From assembly GCA_963712585.1 (NCBI GenBank), contig CAVQIH010000012.1, positions 36,692-100,691 of the forward strand: a DNA stretch of 64,000 nt, written 5' to 3'. Source of the DNA: an uncultured Chloroflexia bacterium. Its GTDB lineage: Bacteria; Chloroflexota; Limnocylindria; Limnocylindrales; CSP1-4. Shown piece after piece: positions 1 through 10,448 of this stretch. A program made the translations under genes and the position numbers. Within the stretch, counting starts at the first letter, position 1; the number at the start of each line of letters is the position of its first letter. A model generated the notes under the pieces. It had not been told where the DNA came from. It searched no databases and saw only the letters and a program-made list of their open reading frames with translations.

Positions 1-477
1 CGCACCGGCGCCGACTACGTCATCACCCAGGTCGGCTACGACGCCCGCAAGCAGGACGAGCTGCTGCGCTGCATGCGGCCAGGGCGTCGCGATCCCGGTG
101 ATCGCCAACGTCTACATCCTGACGCACGCCGTCGCCCGCATCTTCAACGCGGGCAAGGTCCCCGGCTGCGTGGTCACCGACGAGCTGCTCGCCGTCGTCG
201 AGCGGCCAGGGCAGTCTCGCCCGACAAGGGCCGGGCGTTCTTCCTCGAGCTCGCCGCCAAGCAGGTCGCGATCGCCCGCGGCCTCGGCTACCGCGGGGGT
301 CTACCTCGGCGGGCACCGGGACGGCCGACGGAGGTCGAGCGGATCCTCGAGCTCGCGGACGGCTTCGGGCCGGACGACTGGCGCGACTTCGCCCGGGAGA
401 TCCAGTTCGGCCAGCCGGGCGAGTTCTACCAGTTCGAGCGCGACGCGACGACCGGGCTGGCATCCGACCGACCGTGA
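1..477 (+). pseudogene. metF: methylenetetrahydrofolate reductase (MetF/MTHFR-like), 5'-truncated by the window edge, at least 2 apparent frameshifts
   Basis: Piecing three frames together gives ...TGADYVITQVGYDARKQDELLR...IPVIANVYILTHAVARIFNAGKVPGCVVTDELLAVVE...KGRAFFLELAAKQVAIARGLGYRG..GGH...EVERILELADGFGPDDWRDFAREIQFGQPGEFYQFERD, a typical MTHFR C-terminal half. The ORF track shows it split over frames 1 and 2. Confidence 0.6.
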
Positions 478-1007
478 GCCGTCGCTACCGGCGCTCCTCG
501 ACCACCGGCCGCACGGCGGCGCGCGCGCCGCCGCGTCCCCCTCGCCTACCGCTTCGAACCGGCTCGTCCACGACCTCGTCTTCACGCCGGGGACGCGCGG
601 GCTTCCGGCTCGGCACCGCGCTTCTACGAGCGAGCGGAGCGGCTGCACCTCGCGCGGCCGCTCCACGTGCTCGAGCAGGCGGTCAAGGTCCCGCTCTTCG
701 ACTGCCGCGACTGCGGCGACTGCTCGCTGCCCGACATCGCCTACCTCTGCCCCGAGTCGCAGTGCGCGAAGAACCAGCGCAACGGCCCGTGCGGCGGCTC
801 GCACGACGGCGATCTGCGAGGTCGGGCGACCGCGAGTGCATCTGGGCCCAGGCCTACACGCGACTCAAGCCGTACGGCGAGGAGCTGACGCATGCTCGAC
901 CGCCCGCCCGTCCTGACCGACAACGCGCTGCGCCGCACGAGCGCCTGGGCCAACACGTTCCTCGGCCGCGACCATCGCCTGGCGACGCCGAGACAGGAGA
1001 GCCACTG
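478..1007 (+). pseudogene. metV: MetV-like (MTHFR C-terminal-domain, Cys-rich zinc-binding) protein, frameshifted
   Basis: Composite translation contains VKVPLFDCRDCGDCSLPDIAYLCPESQCAKNQRNGPCGGS...ECIWAQAYTRLKPYGEELTHMLDRPPVLTDNALRRTSAWANTFLGRDHRLATPRQESH. The CxxC...GPCGG motif is typical of the small MetV partner of MetF in acetogen-type MTHFR. Its stop TGA (1005-1007) overlaps the ATG of the next gene. Confidence 0.5.
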
Positions 1008-2109
1008 ATGCGGACGACCCGGACCGGCACGCCCTTCCTCGTCATCGGCGAGAACATCCACGCCACCCGGGTGGTCAAGCGGACGGGCAAGCACATCGTG
1101 GTCGACGCCGACGGCCGGTCGACGCGATCGCGCTTCACCGATCCCGATGGCGAGCGCAACTCCTGGCCATCCCCCGGGCGATCCGCGACGGCCGGGACTT
1201 CGCGGCGGGCAAGGTCAAGCACGTGCGAGCGGCCATTCTCGCCGGCATGAGGGCGACGCGAGCGCGACGCCGCCGACGGCCGGGCCTACCTGCAGTCGAT
1301 GGCCGCCCGCCAGGAGGCGGCCGGCGCCGACTGGCTCGACCTCAACGTCGACGAGGTGAGCCGCCGACCTGGAGACCCAGAAGGCGGCGATGCGCTGGCT
1401 GGTCAGGACGGTGGAGCAGGTCGCCAGTGTCCCGATCTCGCTCGACTCCTCGAATGCCGACGTCATCGCGGCGGGGCTTCAGGCATCTCGGGACGGCACG
1501 CGTGAGGCGGCCGCCGCAGCGCTCGCGGCGGGACCGGCTGGCTTGACCACCCGGCCGCTTCTCAACTCCGCCTCGAAAGACCGCACCGACGTGCTCGACC
1601 TCGCGGCCGCGGCCGGCTGCCCGGTCATCGTGACCGCCGCCGGCGGGACCGCAATGCCTACCAGCGCCGGGGAGCGCGTCGTGAACGCCAGCGCGATGAT
1701 CGAGCGGGCGCTGGCCCTGGGCATCGCCGCTGGGCGCCCTCCACGTGGACACCTCGTTCTGCCCGTCGCCGTCGACCCGGAGGTCGGGACGCATTTCATC
1801 GAAGCGGTCCGCCGCCTGCGTCAGACGTTCGGCCCCGAGCTCCACCTGACGGGCGGGCTTCGCAACGTCTCGTTCGGGCTTCCGCTCCGCCGGCTCCTCA
1901 ACGACGTCTTCATCGACCTGGCCGTCGAGGCCGGGGTGGACAGCGGCATCGTCGACCCGATCGCGACCGACCTCGGACGGGTCTTCGCACTCGATCGCGG
2001 CGCGCGAACGTATGCCCTGGCGGCGGACCTGCTCCTGGGTCGCGATCCCTACGGTGGGGCCTTCATGGCCGCCTACCGGGCCGGCGAGATCGAGGTGGCG
2101 GTCGGCTGA
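1007..2109 (+). pseudogene. pterin-binding (DHPS-like) methyltransferase, methyl-THF:corrinoid methyltransferase-like, multiple frameshifts
   Basis: An RBS (aggaga) precedes ATG 1007. Fragments read FLVIGENIHATRVVKR...HIVVDADGR.., then AYLQSMAARQEAAGADWLDLNVDEV.., then an intact 239-aa C-terminal ORF 1390-2109 carrying VPISLDSSNADVIAAGL...GCPVIVTAAGG, the pterin-binding barrel signature. Confidence 0.55.
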
Positions 2110-2178
2110 CCCACCGCGGCAGCGCGGGGCCGGCGGGCTCGCGATTCGGCGGCGCGGGGCTCGCGGGCTCGCGATCGA

Positions 2179-2865
2179 CTAACGACGGCCGAGGGCGTCC
2201 CGCCGGTCGAGGCCGTCCCGGCGGTCGATGTCGCGCAGCGTCAAGCCGTCCGGGTCGAGGGTCCGCCAGACCGAAGGATCGATGCCGCGCACCTGGATCG
2301 CGTCGAGCAGCCCGACCAGCGAGGCGCGCCCAGACGCCAGGAGCCGCTCGACCACCGGCAGGGCGATCGCGCGACGCAGGGCGCACGGCAGCGGCCGCAG
2401 GGTCCCGTCCTCGACGAGGGCGGTCGCAGCCACGCCCTCGTCGGCCAGGCCGGTCACGAGCGCTCGGAGCACTGCGGGTTGGAGCGACGGCATGTCGCCG
2501 GCGGCAACGACGACGACCTCGGCCCGGGCGGCCCCCAGCCCGGCGCGAACTCCGGCCAGAGGGCCGAGGCCCGCGGCGGCGTCACGGACGACGCCGATCT
2601 TGACGTCCGCGCGGCCGGGCCCCCGGCCGTGCCCGGGCTGGGGCAGTGACGGCCTGGGGCCGTAGGGCGCGATCGCCACCAGGACCTCGTCGCAGACCTC
2701 GGCCAGAGCCAGCACCGGCAAGTGCAGGAGCGGCCGGCCTTCCACGATCACGGCGAGCTTGTTCGAGCCGAACCGGCGAGAGCGGCCGCCGGCGAGCACC
2801 AGACCGCTGACCTCGGGGACCGCGCCACGGGCGCCACCCTGCCGTCCGTGGCGGCCCTCGGTCAT
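2179..2865 (-). CDS. mobA: molybdenum cofactor guanylyltransferase MobA
   Basis: N-terminus has LAGGRSRRFGSNK (GTP-binding signature). It overlaps the selB stop by 4 nt, so it sits in the sel operon. Confidence 0.8.
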   Translation of the reverse strand: MTEGRHGRQGGARGAVPEVSGLVLAGGRSRRFGSNKLAVIVEGRPLLHLPVLALAEVCDEVLVAIAPYGPRPSLPQPGHGRGPGRADVKIGVVRDAAAGLGPLAGVRAGLGAARAEVVVVAAGDMPSLQPAVLRALVTGLADEGVAATALVEDGTLRPLPCALRRAIALPVVERLLASGRASLVGLLDAIQVRGIDPSVWRTLDPDGLTLRDIDRRDGLDRRDALGRR

Positions 2866-4790
2866 CGGGCGGCTCCCGGCGCCCGCGGGCCGGGCAGGTG
2901 GCCATCGGGCGTGCGACGCAGGAGCCCTCGCCGATCGAGATCCTCGAGGATCGCCAGGGCGTAGCGCCGGCTCGTTTTCGTCGCGTCGCGGAAGATGGCC
3001 GGCGAGAGCGGTCCTGCCGCCGCCAGCCGGAGCGCCAGCGCCTCGAGCTCGCCGTACGTCTGCGCGGCATACGCCAGGTCGGGCTCGAGGCGGACGATGC
3101 GCCCGCTCGCCTCGAGGGCCCGGATGCCTTCGGGCGGGCAGCGCGTCGCGCGGACGGCGGCCATGAACGGGGGTGGCGCCGCCAGGGCCAGGGTCGCCTC
3201 GAGTCGGTCCATGGCGATGCGAACCTCCGCCGGCAACCCGGGCGACCGGCGGGGGTCGCGCACGAGGTCGCCGTCACGGGCGAGCCGACCGTTTCGAACC
3301 AGGTCGTCGACGAGCGCTGCCACCGCCGCCGCGGCCTCCGGCGGCGCGATGGTGGCCCTCCGCCGCAGCGAACGGGCCAGCCGCGGCCGCAGCTCGGCCA
3401 GCGCCAGACCGGCGGACTGGGGCTGGCCGGCGTGATGGGCCGCGACCTCGGCCAGCGCCTCATCCGCGAGGGCTTCAGCGAGATCGCCCGCCAGGACCGC
3501 GGGTCCGAAGCGCGCGGCTCGATCGTCAGTGAGCCCGGGGAGGATGCCGGCGTCCGAGGTGATCGCTCCGTGAAGCTCGACGAGGGCCGCCGCACGGGTC
3601 CGCGGATCGCCCGCGTCACGGATTGCCAGGACGGCTGCGTGCGTCAGTCGACGACGCGACGGACCCACGGGCGGTCGCGGGTCGAGGACCCGGCCGCCTC
3701 CCGAAGTGAGGGCGGGCGATGGGCGGCGGAGCGCGAAACGGTCACCGGCGGCGACGGCGACGGGCTCGGCCAGGTGCAGCACCGTCACCAATCGGCCGTC
3801 CGCCTCCACGTCGGCGCGGTTGCGCCGGATCCTCGCGTCGACCTGGGCGGTTCCCAGGTGCAGCCGCAACGGCACTCCATCTCTGAAGGGACGGCCTTCG
3901 AGCCTCGCGGCGCGGCCGAGATCGGCGGCCGGTCGCAGCTCCACCAGGAGGCGATCGGTGACGACGACCTCGGGATCGGCGGTCAGGATGACACCGCGGC
4001 GAACCGACTCGAGCTCGACGCCGGCGAGGTTGAGGGCCACCCGGCCGCCACCCTCGACGCGCTCCCTGGTCTCGCCGTGAACCTGGATCTCGCGGACGCG
4101 GGCCCGGCCGGAACCAGGCTCCACGCGGAGCTCGTCGCCACGCGCGATCGGGCCACCGCGCAGGGTCCCGGTGACCACGACGCCGCGGCCGTGGACGACG
4201 AAGGCCCGATCGACGGCCAGGCGCGGCCGCCCGCCACCCGCCGCCGTAGCGCTCGTCGCGGCCGCCGCGGCGGCCACCTGGTCGCGCACCTCGACGAGCG
4301 CGCGCACCAGCCGGTCGAGCCCCTCGCCGTTCGCGGCCGAGACCGCGACCACCGGCGCCCCGGCGAGGCTCGTCCGCGCCAGCAGCGACCCGACGGACTC
4401 GCGGACCGCGGCCGGTCGGGCGTCGTCGGGCCCGCACAGGTCGATCTTGGTGACAACGGCCAGCCCGTGCGCGATACCCAGGGCATCGAGCAGCTCAAGG
4501 TGCTCGAACGTCTGCGCCCGCGGCCCGTCGTCGACGGCCACCACGAGCATGGCCGCGTCCACTTCACCCGCTCCGACGAGCATGTTCCCGACCAGGCGGT
4601 CATGGCCGGGAACGTCGACGAAGTCGAGCTCGCTCCCGTCGGGGAGGGCCAGGTGGGCGTAGCCGACGTCGATGGTCATGCCCCGCCGACGCTCCTCCGG
4701 CAGGCGATCGGCGTCGATCCCGGTGAGCGCCCGCAGCAGCGCCGTCTTGCCGTGGTCGATGTGGCCGGCCGTCCCAATGGCGACGGTCAT
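2862..4790 (-). CDS. selB: selenocysteine-specific translation elongation factor SelB
   Basis: Starts [29 protein letters not shown] (GTPase G1-G3 motifs). At 642 aa with winged-helix C-terminal extensions it fits SelB rather than EF-Tu. Overlaps selA by 4 nt. Confidence 0.9.
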   Translation of the reverse strand: MTVAIGTAGHIDHGKTALLRALTGIDADRLPEERRRGMTIDVGYAHLALPDGSELDFVDVPGHDRLVGNMLVGAGEVDAAMLVVAVDDGPRAQTFEHLELLDALGIAHGLAVVTKIDLCGPDDARPAAVRESVGSLLARTSLAGAPVVAVSAANGEGLDRLVRALVEVRDQVAAAAAATSATAAGGGRPRLAVDRAFVVHGRGVVVTGTLRGGPIARGDELRVEPGSGRARVREIQVHGETRERVEGGGRVALNLAGVELESVRRGVILTADPEVVVTDRLLVELRPAADLGRAARLEGRPFRDGVPLRLHLGTAQVDARIRRNRADVEADGRLVTVLHLAEPVAVAAGDRFALRRPSPALTSGGGRVLDPRPPVGPSRRRLTHAAVLAIRDAGDPRTRAAALVELHGAITSDAGILPGLTDDRAARFGPAVLAGDLAEALADEALAEVAAHHAGQPQSAGLALAELRPRLARSLRRRATIAPPEAAAAVAALVDDLVRNGRLARDGDLVRDPRRSPGLPAEVRIAMDRLEATLALAAPPPFMAAVRATRCPPEGIRALEASGRIVRLEPDLAYAAQTYGELEALALRLAAAGPLSPAIFRDATKTSRRYALAILEDLDRRGLLRRTPDGHLPGPRAPGAAR

Positions 4791-6292
4791 GAGGGGCCGG
4801 CCCGCCGGGACCTTGCCCGTGGTCCAGCTGAGGCGGCCAGAGCCGCCTCCGGTGAACCGGCGAGGACCGGCCCCAGGCTCGTGGCCAGGGCCACCGCGAG
4901 TCGCTCGTCGTCGGCCGGGTCGACCGTTCGCAGGTCGACGACCACGAAGTCATCTTCGATCCGTCCGACCACGGCCGGACTTCCCGACCGGAGGGCGGCC
5001 AGCACGCGCTCCGCCGAGCGGACCCTGAGCGCGAGCCCCCATGATGGGAGTGTCTCGCCCGGCAGCGAGCCCCCACCGACGGTCGAGGACAGGGTCGTGA
5101 TCGTCACGCGCCCGTCGTCCAGCCGCGCCGCCAGCACTTCCGCCCGCGTCCGCAGCTGGGCGGGCCTGGCGGCGATCATCCGCCAGACCGGGATCTCGGT
5201 GGCGGCGACCCCGGCCCGGTAGAGGGCCAGCGTCGCGGCGACCCCCGCCAGGATCGTCTTGTCGGGGCGCATCGCCCGGGCGAGGGGATCGCGACGGATC
5301 CTGGCTACCAGCGTGGCACGGCCGACGATGAGGCCGGCCTGAGGTCCCCCGACCAGCTTGTCGCCGCTGAACGTGACGAGGTCCGCGCCAGCGGCCAGCC
5401 GTTCGGCCGGCGTCGGCTCGTGGGCGAGGCCGAAGCGCTCGGTCGGCAGGAGCGCCCCGCTGCCGAGATCGTCGACCACCGGAGCTCCGAACCGGCGGGC
5501 CAGAGCGGCCAGCTCGGCCGGATCAGGGGCCTCGACGAAGCCCTCCATCCGGAAGTTCGAGGGGTGCACCCGCAGGACGAGAGCGGCCCGCCCCGACTCC
5601 AGCGGTTCGGCGAAGTCGCCCACGCGAGTCCGGTTGGTCGTCCCGACTTCGATCAAGCGGGCTCCCGCCCGCCGCACGATCTCGGGGATTCGCACGCCTC
5701 CGCCGATCTCGACGAGCTCGCTCCGGGCAACCGCGACGCCGCGCCGGCCGGCCAGGCCGACGGCCAGGGCGAGCGCCGCGGCGTTGTTGGTGGCAATGAG
5801 GGCGTCCTCGGCGCCAGTCAGCGCCATGAGGTGCTCCTCGGCAGAACGGAAGCGGGCGCCACGGCGGCCGGTCAGGCGGTCCAGCTCGAGGAGTGACGGC
5901 GCCCTCGCTGCGGCGGTCGCTGCGGCGATCGCGGCAGCGGGCCAAGGAGCGCGGCCGAGGTTCGTGTGGAGGATCACCCCCGTGGCATTGATCGCGGCCA
6001 CTAGGCCGGCGCCGGCCGGGTCGGCGTAGGCCGCGAGGCGCTCGGCCACCTCGCCCGCAAGCCCGGGCAGCGGCGTCGGTGGCAGCCCGCCCGCCAGGCG
6101 GTCGCGCTCGTCGGCGATGACGGCGCGCGCGACGCCGAGCAGTGCCTCGTGCTCGCGGGCGGTGGTGAGCGACCGCGCGGCGGCGAGGAGCCGCTCCACG
6201 CTGGGCGGCCGCGCGGCGGAACGAGCCATCGGCCAAGGATAGGGTGACTTGGGGCGCGCCGTCCTCAGATTCGCCGGATCCGGGCGAGCCAT
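4787..6292 (-). CDS. selA: L-seryl-tRNA(Sec) selenium transferase SelA
   Basis: Carries the PLP-fold SelA signature ...[12 protein letters not shown]...[18 protein letters not shown]. An alternative start MARSAAR at 6229 is possible. Confidence 0.9.
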   Translation of the reverse strand: MARPDPANLRTARPKSPYPWPMARSAARPPSVERLLAAARSLTTAREHEALLGVARAVIADERDRLAGGLPPTPLPGLAGEVAERLAAYADPAGAGLVAAINATGVILHTNLGRAPWPAAAIAAATAAARAPSLLELDRLTGRRGARFRSAEEHLMALTGAEDALIATNNAAALALAVGLAGRRGVAVARSELVEIGGGVRIPEIVRRAGARLIEVGTTNRTRVGDFAEPLESGRAALVLRVHPSNFRMEGFVEAPDPAELAALARRFGAPVVDDLGSGALLPTERFGLAHEPTPAERLAAGADLVTFSGDKLVGGPQAGLIVGRATLVARIRRDPLARAMRPDKTILAGVAATLALYRAGVAATEIPVWRMIAARPAQLRTRAEVLAARLDDGRVTITTLSSTVGGGSLPGETLPSWGLALRVRSAERVLAALRSGSPAVVGRIEDDFVVVDLRTVDPADDERLAVALATSLGPVLAGSPEAALAASAGPRARSRRAGPS

Positions 6293-6870
6293 GCGTGCAC
6301 GTACTCATGGGGCATGAGCGTGTCCAGCGACTCCTGGTCGATCGCCTCGACGACCCAGCCCTTTGCGAAGCTCGCCCGAAGGTCCCGTCGAGAGATGCGC
6401 GTCGGACCGTAGCCGAAGGGGTTCCGATCGCTCCAGCAGAGGACGACACAGGTTGCTCCCGGCCGCACCACGGCCCGCAGGCCGGCCACATAGGGCCGAC
6501 GCTGGTCCGGTTCGAGGCAGTGGAACAACCCGACGTCCAGCGCACAATCGAAGACCCGGCCGAGGCTGCCCAGGTCCAGCGCGTCGTGCACCAGGAAGAC
6601 CGGGTTGAGGCCGCGCGCAACGGCCTTGGCCTGTGCCTTCTCGATCGCCGCCGCGGCGAGGTCGACGCCCGTGACCGCGTGGCCCCGAGCCGTGAGGTAC
6701 AGCGCGTGCTCGCCCGTCCCGCAGCCGACATCGAGGACGGAGCCAGTGATCAGGCCTGCCTCGGCGAGCCGGACGATGGCGCCCTGTGGCCGGCCGACAT
6801 CCCACGTCGGCGTGCCTTCATACGCGTGGTCGAAGAAGGTCACCAGCTTGCCTTTCCCGTCGTCGGCGGG
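6265..6870 (-). CDS. class I SAM-dependent methyltransferase
   Basis: Only the C-terminal ~200 aa of the long 6265-8025 ORF look real: LDVGCGTGEHALYL..GHAVTGVDLAAAAIEKA.. (SAM-binding motif I). The start is uncertain (possible GTG near 6844). Confidence 0.55.
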   Translation of the reverse strand, partial: PADDGKGKLVTFFDHAYEGTPTWDVGRPQGAIVRLAEAGLITGSVLDVGCGTGEHALYLTARGHAVTGVDLAAAAIEKAQAKAVARGLNPVFLVHDALDLGSLGRVFDCALDVGLFHCLEPDQRRPYVAGLRAVVRPGATCVVLCWSDRNPFGYGPTRISRRDLRASFAKGWVVEAIDQESLDTLMPHEYVHAWLARIRRI

Positions 6871-6998
6871 GCCGGTCCCGTCGGGCCGGGGGTTCAGCCA
6901 TGGGGCATGGCGGGTCGCTCGGCACAGCCCCAGTCGAGGAACATCATCGCGCCCCCGACCGAGGTCGGGGGCGCGATGGCGCGCTGGGAAGGGTGGAC

Positions 6999-8009
6999 TC
7001 AGAAGACGCGGATCGACACCTCCGCGGGGGCGAGAAGCAGCTTCTTGAGCTCGTCGTCCACTTTGAGCAGCGAGATGTGGGCACCCGCCATCTCGAGCGA
7101 CGTGCAGTACTCGTTCACGTAGCTGCGGAAGACCTTGATGCCCTTCTCGGCGAGCTTCTTGTGGGCGATGCCGTACAGGAGGTAGAGCTCGCTGATCGGC
7201 GTCCCGCCCAGTCCGTTGACCATCAGCGCGACCTCGTCGCCCTTCACGAACGGAAGGTCGGGGACGATCGCGTTGAGCAGGATGTCGACGATCTCGTTGG
7301 CGCTGACGAGCTTGGTCCGCTGACGGCCCGGCTCGCCGTGGATCCCGATCCCGATCTCCATCTCGTCGTCGGCGATCTCGAAGAGCGGGGTCCCGCGGAC
7401 GGGCGGAGTGCACGAGCTGAGGGCGATGCCCATCGTTCGGACCTGGCCGATGACCTTGTTGCCGACCCGCACGAGCTCGTCGAGGCCGGCACCCTTCTCC
7501 GCGGCGGCGCCCACCGCCTTGATCACGAAGAAGTTGCCCGCCACGCCGCGCCGGCCGACCGTCCAGGTCGAGTCCTTGACCGCCACGTCGTCGTTGACGA
7601 GGAGGGTCTCGACCTTGATCCCCTCCGCCTCGCAGAGCTCGCGGCCCATCTCGAAGGCGGCCTTGTCGCCGGTGTAGTTGTTGACGATGTGGAGGACGCC
7701 CTTCGCCGAGTTCATGAGCTTCGACGTCTCGACGACGAACTCGACGGGCGGCCCGGCGAAGACGTCGCCCGGGCAGGCGGCGTCGAGCATGCCGGGGCCG
7801 ACGATCATGGTGTGGGCCGGCTCGTGACCCGAGCCGGAGCCCTGGATGATCGAGACCTTCTTGTCGGACGGCATGTCGGCCCGGTAGATCAGGTTGTACT
7901 TCGGCTCGTACTTGAGCGCACCGCCGCTCGCGAGCTGGATGCCCTCGAGGAACTCGGGGACGAACTGCTTCGGGTCGTTGACGAACTTCTTCACGCCTGT
8001 TCTCCTCAC
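6999..8009 (-). CDS. dhaK: dihydroxyacetone kinase subunit DhaK
   Basis: Intact 336-aa ORF with Dak1-domain motifs: IIQGSGSGHEPAH, GDKAAFEMG. Confidence 0.9.
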   Translation of the reverse strand: MRRTGVKKFVNDPKQFVPEFLEGIQLASGGALKYEPKYNLIYRADMPSDKKVSIIQGSGSGHEPAHTMIVGPGMLDAACPGDVFAGPPVEFVVETSKLMNSAKGVLHIVNNYTGDKAAFEMGRELCEAEGIKVETLLVNDDVAVKDSTWTVGRRGVAGNFFVIKAVGAAAEKGAGLDELVRVGNKVIGQVRTMGIALSSCTPPVRGTPLFEIADDEMEIGIGIHGEPGRQRTKLVSANEIVDILLNAIVPDLPFVKGDEVALMVNGLGGTPISELYLLYGIAHKKLAEKGIKVFRSYVNEYCTSLEMAGAHISLLKVDDELKKLLLAPAEVSIRVF

Positions 8010-8665
8010 TTCCCGTGCTTCTCACGCCATGCGGCCGCGACGGCCTGCAGGATGACGCCGATGGCCGTGGCCCCGGCGTCCACCGAGCCGATGCTCCGCT
8101 CGCCCGTGTACGCGGCCCGGCCGCGCATCGCGAGCATGGACTTGGTCTCTTCGGCCGCCTTCACCGCGACGTCGGCAGCCTTCTGGATCGCCTCGACTCC
8201 AGAGTCCTGCCGCGTCGCGGGGTCGGCAAAGCTGGCTTCGAGGCTGTCGGTCGCCGGGACGAGCGCGTCGAGGAGTGTCTTCTCCCCGAGTGACGCGCCG
8301 CCCCGCGCCATGATCCCGGTGATCGCCGCCCGCAGGATGGCGACCACGTCCTCCGGGGCGAGCTCCGTCTTGTCGCCCGCAGCCGCCCCCGCGCGCAGGA
8401 ACGCGGTCCCCCAGATGGGGCCGCTCACGCCCCCGACCTTGCCCGAGAGGACGATCCCGACCTTCTTGAGGATCGTCCCGACGCTCGTGTGGTCGAAGGT
8501 GTCGTAGTCGCTGAGGACGACCTCCCATCCGTTCCTGAGCGAGTAGCCGAAGTCACCGTCGCCGACGACCGAATCGAGCTGCGCAAAGTAGACCGCGTTG
8601 TCGACGATCGTGCTGGCCGTCGTCTTCAGGACGAGATCGAGATCGTCGAGCGACGACTGCGTCAT
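8006..8665 (-). CDS. dhaL: dihydroxyacetone kinase ADP-binding subunit DhaL
   Basis: Dak2 domain: VGDGDFGYSL..SGGTSGPIWGTAF. Overlaps dhaK by 4 nt. Confidence 0.9.
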   Translation of the reverse strand: MTQSSLDDLDLVLKTTASTIVDNAVYFAQLDSVVGDGDFGYSLRNGWEVVLSDYDTFDHTSVGTILKKVGIVLSGKVGGVSGPIWGTAFLRAGAAAGDKTELAPEDVVAILRAAITGIMARGGASLGEKTLLDALVPATDSLEASFADPATRQDSGVEAIQKAADVAVKAAEETKSMLAMRGRAAYTGERSIGSVDAGATAIGVILQAVAAAWREKHGK

Positions 8666-8704
8666 ACGAACCTCCCTTCTGTGGCGGTGCCACCGGCAGG
8701 GCGA

Positions 8705-9471
8705 TCAGGAAGCGAGGCAGGCTTCCAGGTCGCCCAGGGTGATGTAGTCACCGGGTCGTGCCCCGCTTCGATTCGCGAGCACGACCGTCTTCTCTCCCCC
8801 GGGGTCTCCGAGGGACGACACGACCAGGATTGCTTCGCTGTTGTCCTCCTCTTCGGTGTACCCGTTGACGGTCATGAAGCAACGGAGGCCGGCTCCGATT
8901 GCCGCGAGGAGTCCGTTGCGTGAGTCTTCGATGACGAGCACTTCGGCCGGTCGCACCCCAAGGCGCTCGAGGGCGAGCAGGTAGATGTCGGGGGCCGGCT
9001 TCTTCTTCGCCACCACGTCCCCCGCGAGGATGAGGTCGAAGCGGGCGGCCCGCTCGGGCCCGACCGCCTTGTCGAGGATCGCCTTCACCGACAGTTCAGC
9101 GGACGTGGAAGCGACCGCGAGCGTCCAGCCGGCATCCTGGGCCGCGGTGATGATCCGCTTGATCCCGGGCCGCGGCGGCAGCCTCCCGGCCTCCACCATC
9201 TCCGTGTAGATCTGCGGTCTTGCGCTTGTGCCACTTCGCGAGCTCGGCGGCCTGGCCCTCGGGGTCCCCCGGCAGACCGTTCGCCCGAACGAAGTCGGGC
9301 GTCAAGCAGGCTCGCCATCCGTTCCTTGCCGCCGGCGATCAGGAGCTTCTGGCCGTACTCCTCCTCGGACCACTGCGACCGGTAGCCCGAACTCTCTGAA
9401 GGTCTGGTTGAAGGCAGGCAGGTGGCCGTAGCGCTCGGTGTCCGCGAGGACGCCGTCGCAGTCGAAGATGA
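8705..9471 (-). pseudogene. HAD-superfamily hydrolase (CbbY/phosphatase-like), at least 3 apparent frameshifts in 9200-9400
   Basis: N-terminus is [13 protein letters not shown] (HAD motif I) and C-terminus is LVIEDSRNGLLAAIGAG (motif IV). The middle is spread over three frames. The GTG start overlaps the fba stop. Confidence 0.6.
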
Positions 9472-10330
9472 GGGTGCTCACCAGGCCTTGCCCTCGCTGC
9501 CGAACATCCGGATGTGGTGCTTGGCCATCTCGAGGACGGCCGCCCGCTGGGCCTTGAAGATCGACGGCGGGTCGTACTCGCCCGGGTGCTGCGGTCATGT
9601 AGTCGTAGCCCGACTGCATGAACGCGATCTTCAGAGCGGTGGAGATGTTGACCTTGGCGCAGCCGCGCGCGATGAGGTCGGTGAACTGCTCTGGCGTCAT
9701 GCCCGTGCCGCCATGAAGTGCGACCGGGATGCCGGTCGCGGCAACGATGTCGGTCACACGCTGGTTGTCCAGCTTCGGGGTCGTCTTGTACATGCCGTGG
9801 GCGTTGCCGATGGCGGGGGCGAACACGTCCACTCCGGTCGCCCTGACGAAGTCGACGGCGGCCTCGAGCGACTGCTCGTTCACGCGCTCGTCGTCCGCCA
9901 TGTCCTCGACGCGCTTGAAGCCCTCGATCTCGCCCTCGACCGCGGCGCCGTACCGGCGCGCCTCGGCCACGACCTCGATGCACTGGCGCTTGTTCTCCTC
10001 GACGGACAGCTTCGAGCCGTCGAAGAGCACCGAGTTCCAGCCCGCCTCGAGACAGGTGCTGATGACGTCCCGCTCGGGACAGTGGTCCAGGTGAAGGGCG
10101 ACCGGGACGGTGATGGGACGGGTCATCTCGACCCACATGCCATACAGGACGTCCCGCCCTAACTGCTTGACCGTCTTGACCGACGTTTGAATGATCAGCG
10201 GAGCCCGCAGCTCTTCTGCCGCGGCAAGCACCGCCTCGAGCGTCAGGTCGTTGACTACGTTGATAGCCGCGACACCGAAGTGATCCTTGAACGCCTTTTC
10301 AAGGATCGCCTGGGTAGGCACGACAGGCAC
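9468..10330 (-). CDS. fba: class II fructose/tagatose-bisphosphate aldolase (one apparent frameshift near 9575-9595)
   Basis: Has HLDH and ALHGGTG motifs plus [10 protein letters not shown]. The C-terminus ...[44 protein letters not shown] is recovered in a shifted frame. Confidence 0.75.
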
Positions 10331-10448
10331 GCTGCACCTCCTGCCGGGGACGCAACTCTCTGTTCAGCGCTTCTCGAAGGAATAGGCCGCCAGCCCGACG
10401 CACCTGCCAGCCTGGAGACCCCGACATCGCGCGCGATGTCTCACCGTG

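Noticed and set aside
2109-2179. GC-rich direct repeats GGGCTCGCGAT(T/C)... between the convergent methyltransferase and mobA ends
   Set aside because: Only two short copies in a convergent terminator region. Probably incidental or terminator-associated, not worth a separate call.
2898-5222. 774-aa ORF on the plus strand (and several 100- to 350-aa ORFs such as 2582-3619, 3742-4437, 3983-4603)
   Set aside because: Antisense to selB/selA. Translations are Arg/Gly/Pro/Ala low-complexity strings typical of wrong-frame ORFs in 70% GC DNA. No domain-like segments.
6900-8025. N-terminal ~400 aa of the 586-aa minus-strand ORF 6265-8025
   Set aside because: Overlaps dhaK in another frame and is Arg/Gly-rich nonsense. 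Only the C-terminal ~200 aa (6265-6870) read as a real methyltransferase.
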